Assembly: GCA_041666485.1 (NCBI GenBank)
Contig: JBAYGW010000002.1
Location: 7,711-71,710 of the forward strand
Source of the DNA: Patescibacteria group bacterium
GTDB taxonomy: Bacteria > Patescibacteriota > Patescibacteriia > UM-FILTER-42-10
Direction of reading: 5' to 3'
Length of the DNA: 64,000 bases
How positions within the stretch are numbered: position 1 is the stretch's first letter; the number at the start of each line of letters is the position of its first letter. The notes below the pieces were generated by a model. The model saw only the letters and a program-made list of their open reading frames with translations, was not told the origin of the DNA and searched no databases. Shown here in pieces: positions 56,869 to 64,000 of the stretch. The position numbers and the translations under genes are program-made.

Positions 56869-59800
56869 TTATTCCTCGCTGTCCGGTTTAGGATTCGGCT
56901 CTGCCGGAGGCTCCGGTGTTGGTCCGGAAGCAGGTGGAACATCACCTGTCGCAGGTGCCTGCTCCGTTGTAGCAGTGTTTGGATTTCTAGTATCCGGTTT
57001 AGATGCCTCGGGTTTCGGAGTAACTTCATGCCAATCCGTAGTCCCCGCAGGACTCGGCGCGGGGCCGGCACCGCCTTGCGGACGGCTGGGTCTCGGGTTA
57101 GGTCCGCTAGATCTGGAAGCTGCCGGTCTTGGACCTGTCTGTCCGCCTCCGCTAGATGGTTTTGGAGCGCCGTCTCCTGACGGAGCTTCTTCTCCCTTAC
57201 CGGCTTTTTCACCTTTCAATGTCTTTACTAACTGCGTTAACGCGTAAACCAGTGTCTGTTGCATCATCGGATTGTTCATTTTTCCGCTAGCAACCAATTC
57301 TGAATGAAGGCCAAAAGCATCAACCGCATCCCGGGCTTTATTTTGTTTTTCCGGATCTTTTATTTTATCAATATTTTCTTTCAGTGCCAGGACCATGTTA
57401 CCGATACTCTGGTTCAAATCAAGGAATGACTGCGGATCAATCACCTTGCCAAGTGTTGCAAACTGGTTGCTTAAGTCAGCCAGTCCGGCGGCGAGTGCAT
57501 CCATTCCTGTCATAGATTCCGCGTCCTTCGGCATCAGATCAGCCAACCCCTGTTCAATTGCCGCTTGATTCGCAGCTTCCAGATCATCGGATAGTTTCTT
57601 CACACCCGCAACCTGAGCATTCACTACTCCTTCCATTGCATCATCATCCAATGTATCCACAAATTCCCCGTCCATTTTCTTCTTTGCCCACTTTTTCTTT
57701 CCGCCTGTTTTCTTGTCTAATACTTCATCATACTCATATGTAAAATCGCCGTCACTAATCGGGGTTCTGTCTTTAAGACTGGTACGTAAATCTTTTTCGT
57801 GCTTTTCCGCTGCCGCCTTAGGTTCCAGAACTGGTTTTTCTTTTGGTAATTCACCCAGACCCGGTTTCATTCTGGATACATCTACAGGCATCTTTTCCTT
57901 ATCATTACTATAGTTATAGTAATCTTCATCTATCGGAATAGACAATTCAGGTTTTTTTGCTCCACGGTAGGCACTATTCCACAACGCCCTGATCATAGAT
58001 GGATTAATTGCGTATATATCTTCAAATCTTTTCTTGGCAACTGGATCAGGCTTTGGCATTCCTTTCTCGTCCAGAACTACATTGTTATTTTCATCTTTTT
58101 CTGGCACAAAATTTCCTTTTTCATCAAATATCCGATCTCGCCAGTTTTCATCACTGATTCCATTGTGACTGCCGACCAGAATCTGGGACAGGCGCGCCTG
58201 AAAATGATGCGCTTCCGGAATCATGGAAGGTGTCAGTACTTCACCCAAAAATCTTTTCTGGGAAACAGACATAAGATCCGCGTCAGTTGAAAAATCCCAA
58301 CCAGCACCTAAATCTTTTCCATCTTCATCTTTTCTGTTTTCTTTATACACTAGCGAGTGCATGGCATGAGGAGCCACACCCTGCATAAAAGCACGAGATC
58401 CGCGTTTGCGCGCTTCCCCTTTTACTTCGCCGATTCTTTCATCCTCGTTCATAATCCGATACTTGCCGGTTTTCGCATCCAAAGTAGCCATCGTCTGCTC
58501 CCAGTGGCCGACATTACGTGACGACTGGCTGATTGTATACATGGTACGTAATGCAGTCTGCTCTTCATGTGTAGCATTTTCCGCACTCTTATTGGATTCT
58601 GCAGTAGCTTCTTTCATTAATCTACTTCTCTCTTTTGGATCAGCCTTATCGTAATCAATATTCTGTTCTTTTGCTTTTCTTTTAGCAATGGTTGTGGGGT
58701 CAAATTTACCACGATCCAACTGCAAATAACCCATGGTAAACTGCTTGAACCCTTCATCATCCATGACTTTGGCTTTTTCCCAGCTATCAAACCCGAATTG
58801 CTGGGCTGTTGTATTATCCTTAATCAGACCGCTGGAAAGAAAATGGGCATACACATCATCCAAATTGCCTCGTTCCGCGGCTAATTCAATAATAGCCTCA
58901 CGGGAACGCTCCCCTTTGATACCACCCAAACGCATCGCTTGTTCCGCCAGTTCCGCCATTTTCTCCTTGCCGGCGCCGGACTCCGAGATCTCTTTCATCA
59001 TTTCGCCTTTGTATTCACCCACCACTGCACTACGGGCCATTTCCGCTCGCTGCATAGCTGCGCCCTTGGGTGAAACTTTAAGATTACCCCGTTTCTGACG
59101 GAAAAAACGCGGTAACCATTCGTCCATTACCTTTTCCGCCATCTCTTCTCCCTTACCGGCTATTTCCCTGTTTTGTTGGGTGGCTAAACGCTCTCCTCTC
59201 TGGCCGATACCCTTCCAATAGGAAGGGCTCAATATCGGGGCTTTTTCTGTGATCTTTCTGCCGATTGCACCGTAGGTTCGCTTGGCAAACCGGTTGTTGA
59301 AAGGCTTCTTTAAGGTCTTCATACCCATTGATTTCAGCTTGTCCGGGAACCGGCCGACGGTTGAACCGCCCATCACGCCGAATTCCTGAGTCAGCATAAT
59401 ACCGGTCAGAAGCAGTGCAATAGTAATAATATAATTAAACATGTTCTGGGTGTTCATGATTGCCGAAGCACCCTTTGGCAGTTTTGTAGCATCAACAGCA
59501 TCAGAGTCTGCTAATGTTCCATCGCTCACTCCAATATCAGACAAATCAATCGGCGCTCCCGCGCTGGTAGAGATCACGGAAAGTGATAACCACAAAAAGA
59601 AAGCCAGCACCGGACCGGCCGTCAGATTTTTACCCAGTTCCGTCCACCACCTGCTGGCATAGCGTGAAGTATTGGGTAACACTGATGCAATGTAGGCAAC
59701 CGGAGAAAGAATAACCAGGATCCAGATCATCAGAATTCTTGCTATTAAGATAACTAGCATGGCAAGTAAAACCGCAATCGCAACCACCAGCATCCCGTTG

Positions 59801-60411
59801 GCTAAAAAAATAGCCATTATTACGGAACCGATGCCTAACATACCGTCTGTATCTTTAGCAAAACTGGTCATTTGAGCGAGATTCAAACCAACCGTCAAGA
59901 CAATCGCCGCGGAATCTTTAAATGAATTCACAAATGTCAGCATGATCACCTGTGAAAAATCCACAAAGATGCCGGTGATCGTTTTACTGAAGTTAATCAG
60001 CACCGCCATGATAATCATTTTTGTCAGCAGACTGCGCGCGTGATACTGCTGGAGTTTCATGATTGTACCGAAAGCGATGACAATCAGAATTACGATAAAC
60101 ATCATGTTGGACAGATCCCTGATAATCGTCCAGCCGATATGCACCGCCGGCGGCGCTTTCATGTTGACGAAATTATTATAGCTGAATATTTTAATTACCA
60201 ATTCAATCAGCATACCCAGCAATGCTCCCAACAATTTCATAATATTTGCCCCAAAGCTTCCAATCGCACCAATAATCGCATCAGAAACATCAACACCTAA
60301 AATTGCTTCCGTTTTTACCGGGAAAACCAGTCCGACAAATATAAGCACAGCCAACACACCAAGTATTGGTAATAGCGCTTTTCTGAACCGTGACAAAATC
60401 TTTCTGAACAT
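56869..60411 (-). CDS. Giant polytopic membrane protein (1180 aa) with about 8-10 N-terminal TM helices and a long C-terminal extension ending in a Pro/Gly/Ala-rich low-complexity tail. Possibly VirB6/TrbL-like.
   Basis: Multiple hydrophobic helices in the first ~330 aa (LPILGVLAVLIFVGLVF, MMFIVILIVIAFGTIM, LVVAIAVLLAMLVILIARILMIWILVILSPVAYI...). C-terminus GEEAPSGDGAPKPSSGGGQTGPRPAASRSSGPNPRPSRPQGG... The small ORF 56835-57212 in another frame is probably spurious. Confidence 0.55.
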   Translation of the reverse strand: MFRKILSRFRKALLPILGVLAVLIFVGLVFPVKTEAILGVDVSDAIIGAIGSFGANIMKLLGALLGMLIELVIKIFSYNNFVNMKAPPAVHIGWTIIRDLSNMMFIVILIVIAFGTIMKLQQYHARSLLTKMIIMAVLINFSKTITGIFVDFSQVIMLTFVNSFKDSAAIVLTVGLNLAQMTSFAKDTDGMLGIGSVIMAIFLANGMLVVAIAVLLAMLVILIARILMIWILVILSPVAYIASVLPNTSRYASRWWTELGKNLTAGPVLAFFLWLSLSVISTSAGAPIDLSDIGVSDGTLADSDAVDATKLPKGASAIMNTQNMFNYIITIALLLTGIMLTQEFGVMGGSTVGRFPDKLKSMGMKTLKKPFNNRFAKRTYGAIGRKITEKAPILSPSYWKGIGQRGERLATQQNREIAGKGEEMAEKVMDEWLPRFFRQKRGNLKVSPKGAAMQRAEMARSAVVGEYKGEMMKEISESGAGKEKMAELAEQAMRLGGIKGERSREAIIELAAERGNLDDVYAHFLSSGLIKDNTTAQQFGFDSWEKAKVMDDEGFKQFTMGYLQLDRGKFDPTTIAKRKAKEQNIDYDKADPKERSRLMKEATAESNKSAENATHEEQTALRTMYTISQSSRNVGHWEQTMATLDAKTGKYRIMNEDERIGEVKGEARKRGSRAFMQGVAPHAMHSLVYKENRKDEDGKDLGAGWDFSTDADLMSVSQKRFLGEVLTPSMIPEAHHFQARLSQILVGSHNGISDENWRDRIFDEKGNFVPEKDENNNVVLDEKGMPKPDPVAKKRFEDIYAINPSMIRALWNSAYRGAKKPELSIPIDEDYYNYSNDKEKMPVDVSRMKPGLGELPKEKPVLEPKAAAEKHEKDLRTSLKDRTPISDGDFTYEYDEVLDKKTGGKKKWAKKKMDGEFVDTLDDDAMEGVVNAQVAGVKKLSDDLEAANQAAIEQGLADLMPKDAESMTGMDALAAGLADLSNQFATLGKVIDPQSFLDLNQSIGNMVLALKENIDKIKDPEKQNKARDAVDAFGLHSELVASGKMNNPMMQQTLVYALTQLVKTLKGEKAGKGEEAPSGDGAPKPSSGGGQTGPRPAASRSSGPNPRPSRPQGGAGPAPSPAGTTDWHEVTPKPEASKPDTRNPNTATTEQAPATGDVPPASGPTPEPPAEPNPKPDSEE

Positions 60412-60427
60412 TCTTGATTGATATAAT

Positions 60428-63400
60428 TTAACTTGGCTGTACCGTTATTGTTCCGCCGAACTCCTGATAATCCTGGGTATTTATATCACACGGACGATGT
60501 CCGGGTGCCGCATCATTCTGGTCATTACAGAATCCCCAGTTATCTTTCAGCATAATCTCAATATTATAGACTTGTGTTGAACCGGGCTCGTCATAAGTAT
60601 GCGACATCAAATGCGGCTGGCTCGGATCAGATTTCGGCGCGCCGTTCCAGACGATAGAGCTGGTAGAACCGTCACCCCAGTCAATAACTATATTTTTCAA
60701 AGCTTCCTGCTCCGGATCCACAAAACTGGTGAATGAAAGAGTGATGGATCCACCGCCGAATAATTCCACGTCACCTTCAGCACCGTTGATCAAAACATTA
60801 TCAATCGCCGGAAGAATTGCGCAGTAGTCATTATCTGGCGGCCAGGTTGGACGTGGCCCGACACCGCCGGCATTACAGAGCGGCATAGTGTTGAAATCAT
60901 CATTCCATTCATAGTTCCAGCTTCCGATTGCGCCCGGAATTTTTTCGTATGTTGCCGTATCTACATCCCAGAACCAGGCATCATAAACATAGGCAAAGAT
61001 TCTTTGCAGATTATCCACCGCCCATACATTGCCATCAAACCCTGATGTTTGTCTTACCCCATCCCCGGCGTTTCTAGCTGCCAATCCGACACAAGATCCA
61101 GCGTTGATGCTGGTGCAATACGCATCATCGGTACAATACTTTGTCGCATCACCACTGCAATAGCCAAGCCCTACGCACACGCCGCGATTGCCGTCTTCTC
61201 CTCCGCAATCAGCATCTGTTGTACAGGAATATTGAGTACCACGATGCACCGTGTCATAACTACCGCCCATACAAACTTTCGGCACGCAATCGCCTTCGCA
61301 ACTGTATGGACTACCCGCTCGTGTATTATTTACAGGTGGCGTGGGTGTGTTGTCAAAATTCTCAATATATAAAGGCTGTAAACCGTCCGATATACTACTG
61401 TCCCAAGTTGATCCCGGATCATCACCCTGCCCCGCTACAATCGCGCCGAACGGAGCGGCGTTTTCACCATACTTGTACAGTAAATCGCGAATTTGATATG
61501 AGCTGGTATTGGCAGTTCTCTGTGCCCAAGCTTTATCGTCGGAAATACTAGCCACTTTTGCCACCTCTGTACAAACGTCACGCAAATACACATATCCCAT
61601 CACCCACATCCCACCAGTATCGCCGCTGCCATCTTCCATATAAACATAATAACTGTCTATGGTGTGATCTGTGGCCGAAAAATTCGTTTTAATTCTAAAA
61701 TGGTTATCATTACCGTCCCAACTGATATCCCAGTCATTTTCAGCATTGGCTACCCAGGTAGCTCCGCCACCCGGCCAGTCAGCATGTGACGACCGCTGTT
61801 GCACCCATTCAATCCGGTCAATTTCCCAGTCATGGTAAGTCCGGTCGCTTCCTTGGGCGGTAATTGTACTGTTTATCCCGCCTCCACCACGGCAACTGCA
61901 GAATCCAATACCGTCAGCCGGAGTGTGATTAACTAATGTATCATTACACCAACCAATATCTTCAAGTGATCCGCATTCATTGTCATCTCCTTCACAACTT
62001 TCACTCATTATTCCTGCATTAGCCCATACAGTCACCAAGTTACGACGATAGCCGGCAATCTGACCGACTAAATCAGTTTTAATATTAGAAGCACCACAAG
62101 TGCTGTTTTCATCATCATTACCGAGAAGTGTTGTAGTATTATCCCAATTACCGGTTGCTTCCACGCACATGTATAACGGCCTGCGGCCTTTATAGCCCGC
62201 CGGATCCACCGTGCCGAACACGCTGGACTCGCCGGAAATGACATCCACCGGCCACCAGGTAATACACTTATCAGGGTTGGAAGGATCCGATTCTATACAG
62301 TAACCCTGCCAGCCGTTGAACTGCACCAGATCACTGTTGGTATATTGGCATACCTCCGAATCCTCTCTCGGATAAGCACGGCAGGAACGTACCAGATATT
62401 TCTGATCACCGTCAGTAGTGGAAAGGTTTTCCGCCGGAACCGCTGTGATCCCCGGCGCTCCAGGTGGCTGCCAGTTGAATTGCATAGATGAATTACCCAG
62501 TTTCTGATAATACTCAATCATGATCGGATGCCAGCCGGCGTCCAATCCGTTGACGGTAAACGAATCATCATGCACACCATCCGTCCAATTTTCATGGACC
62601 GGCACAGTAAGATCGTCAATAAAGAATTTATATCCGTCGTCAGCAACTAAATTAAACAAATGATTACCTGCGTTTTCTACCAGAATCTTTCCGGTCCAGC
62701 GCACCGCGACCATTTCCGTAGCCCCGGCATTGTCATTTAAAAGCGTCGGCATGGAAGCATTGTCATACTGCAGGTAATCGCTGACATAGGTTCCTAAATA
62801 ATTTCCATAAGTCAACTCCAGTTCTGTAGTCAGGTTTGTTTGTGGTACTAAATAGTTGCTCGGAATGGCGGTAATTCTATTATACGTCGGGAAAAGCATT
62901 CCTTCGGTGAGCGGGCTTATTACACCGTCACCATTTTGATCCCAGGCATAGTTGATACAGAATGCGTCCGGTATTCCGCCACCGCAATTTGTCGGATTCC
63001 ATTGACCCGGATACCAGCCCATCTGCAAGCCACCATAACCACCTCCGTTAGTGAACTCAATTTTAACCGGATGCCAGCCGGCAGTGAAATACTGCGACCA
63101 CATATAACCCAGTGTCGGGATACTACCCCAGGCACTGACAATTTCCGCGCCCGGTGCCATGTCATCCACCCAAATTCTGACTCCGTCATTCACATTGAAA
63201 AACAATGTATGATATCCGGATGTTGTGAAATTAATTCCACCCTCCCACCTACCGGAACTGATATTAACTATGAAATCACCATCATCCGGAACTAGCGGAT
63301 CCATTTCTCCGGGGATTGATACGGTTGCATCTCCGTTTCCGCATAGTGTACAAATTGCCCCTCCTGCTGCATCACACGCAACACATGGTTCATACCAATT

Positions 63401-63928
63401 TAATTTTGGTACGATGTAGGGATTTCCGGGGCATGCCGTCACTAAGTTACCATCAGTAAAACATTGTTCATTCAATCCGGATTGACTGGTTGAACTCGGT
63501 TGATAAACAAAAGTATAAAAATCTCCACGGATTCCCGGTGAATCAGAAGCTTTGACTGCCAGCGCCGGTTTCATAGATACATTGTCTACGGCAAAGGAGA
63601 CATTACCACCCATATTTCTGATTAAAAGGAATGTTTCCGCGTTCTCATCCGGGATACCGTTAATCTCCACCGGTTTCAACACCTGCTGTTCCCAGCCGGT
63701 TGAGCCGTCAAAATATCCCAGGAAGTTTTCACCGACAATATCGCCGTTAAAATCAAACTGAGCAAGTGAAACAGAAATCGTTTCCTGTCCAACTTCCGGC
63801 AGGTTTTCAAACCGGAAATCCAGACTGGCAATGTATTCAGCATTGTTCAAAATATTCGTTCCCAAACTGGTTTTGACGCCCAGTCCAGTAAACTCACAAC
63901 TGCCGATCACACACTCACCACCCGCCAC
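60428..63928 (-). CDS. Giant Cys-rich secreted protein (about 1166 aa) with two PA14-like domains.
   Basis: GYHTLFFNVNDGVRIWVDDMAPGAEIVSAWG and NHLFNLVADDGYKFFIDDLTVPVHENWTDG...GWHPIMIEYYQKLGNSSMQFNWQ resemble PA14 carbohydrate-binding modules. Many Cys residues. The start is a GTG at 63928 (a TTG at 63934 is an alternative), bounded by an upstream in-frame stop at 63947. Confidence 0.55.
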   Translation of the reverse strand: MAGGECVIGSCEFTGLGVKTSLGTNILNNAEYIASLDFRFENLPEVGQETISVSLAQFDFNGDIVGENFLGYFDGSTGWEQQVLKPVEINGIPDENAETFLLIRNMGGNVSFAVDNVSMKPALAVKASDSPGIRGDFYTFVYQPSSTSQSGLNEQCFTDGNLVTACPGNPYIVPKLNWYEPCVACDAAGGAICTLCGNGDATVSIPGEMDPLVPDDGDFIVNISSGRWEGGINFTTSGYHTLFFNVNDGVRIWVDDMAPGAEIVSAWGSIPTLGYMWSQYFTAGWHPVKIEFTNGGGYGGLQMGWYPGQWNPTNCGGGIPDAFCINYAWDQNGDGVISPLTEGMLFPTYNRITAIPSNYLVPQTNLTTELELTYGNYLGTYVSDYLQYDNASMPTLLNDNAGATEMVAVRWTGKILVENAGNHLFNLVADDGYKFFIDDLTVPVHENWTDGVHDDSFTVNGLDAGWHPIMIEYYQKLGNSSMQFNWQPPGAPGITAVPAENLSTTDGDQKYLVRSCRAYPREDSEVCQYTNSDLVQFNGWQGYCIESDPSNPDKCITWWPVDVISGESSVFGTVDPAGYKGRRPLYMCVEATGNWDNTTTLLGNDDENSTCGASNIKTDLVGQIAGYRRNLVTVWANAGIMSESCEGDDNECGSLEDIGWCNDTLVNHTPADGIGFCSCRGGGGINSTITAQGSDRTYHDWEIDRIEWVQQRSSHADWPGGGATWVANAENDWDISWDGNDNHFRIKTNFSATDHTIDSYYVYMEDGSGDTGGMWVMGYVYLRDVCTEVAKVASISDDKAWAQRTANTSSYQIRDLLYKYGENAAPFGAIVAGQGDDPGSTWDSSISDGLQPLYIENFDNTPTPPVNNTRAGSPYSCEGDCVPKVCMGGSYDTVHRGTQYSCTTDADCGGEDGNRGVCVGLGYCSGDATKYCTDDAYCTSINAGSCVGLAARNAGDGVRQTSGFDGNVWAVDNLQRIFAYVYDAWFWDVDTATYEKIPGAIGSWNYEWNDDFNTMPLCNAGGVGPRPTWPPDNDYCAILPAIDNVLINGAEGDVELFGGGSITLSFTSFVDPEQEALKNIVIDWGDGSTSSIVWNGAPKSDPSQPHLMSHTYDEPGSTQVYNIEIMLKDNWGFCNDQNDAAPGHRPCDINTQDYQEFGGTITVQPS

Positions 63929-64000
63929 AGTACAAACTGTTCCCTGATTAGTGGACAGATCATCACAGACACCCTGTGATCCGGCAGAGTAGAGCAGGTA

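Noticed and set aside
56835-57212. 125-aa Arg-rich ORF overlapping the 3' end of the 1180-aa gene in another frame.
   Set aside because: It lies within the Pro/Gly-rich, GC-elevated tail region of the long gene and looks like a composition artefact.

Overview
The window is AT-rich (about 35-40% GC), compact, and mostly coding. Its gene content suggests a small-genome bacterium, perhaps a Candidate Phyla Radiation/Patescibacteria-type organism: type IV pilus components (pilM, a prepilin-type pilin), ComFC, RecG, RadA, ClpC, LemA-HtpX, a DsbA-like oxidoreductase, a VirB4-centred T4SS-like cluster, and a histidine-kinase/response-regulator pair. The main regions, in order:

- 1-8030: a minus-strand pilM operon that also encodes three paralogous glycine-rich, tail-fibre-like secreted proteins and a large aromatic-repeat protein.
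- 13.5-15.5 kb: three tRNAs interleaved with two small GIY-YIG nuclease genes and a family of hairpin-forming intergenic repeats. A 21-nt tRNA 5' fragment is duplicated on both sides of the second GIY-YIG gene.
- 21-29.3 kb: the VirB4/T4SS-like cluster. The gene at its 5' end (minus strand) encodes a stand-alone PPDK_N-type ATP-grasp domain.
- 31.4-53.2 kb: six divergent paralogs that share a C-terminal PEP-utilizing-enzyme phosphohistidine 'swivel' domain but have no ATP-grasp domain. Four are in direct tandem. They are interleaved with five paralogous type I phosphoribosyltransferase genes (with a tRNA-Arg among them), a histidine-phosphatase-family gene, an APH-like kinase, and a HAD hydrolase. 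I read this as an expanded, trans-split dikinase plus PRTase system with a nucleotide or phosphotransfer theme.
- Two ~0.8 kb high-GC single-gene cassettes (29.4-30.3 kb and 53.3-54.3 kb) sit inside this neighbourhood and are compositionally foreign. Each has a perfect TTGACA-N17-TATAAT promoter, a ~165-170 nt hairpin-rich leader, a strong Shine-Dalgarno, a GC3-rich ORF and a terminator. The second ORF is a divergent LOG/SLOG-family protein followed by a 43-aa membrane peptide. I regard these as the most anomalous elements in the window.
- 56.8-63.9 kb: two giant minus-strand genes, a polytopic membrane protein and a Cys-rich secreted protein with PA14-like domains.

All functional calls come from motif recognition by eye. 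No database search was possible.
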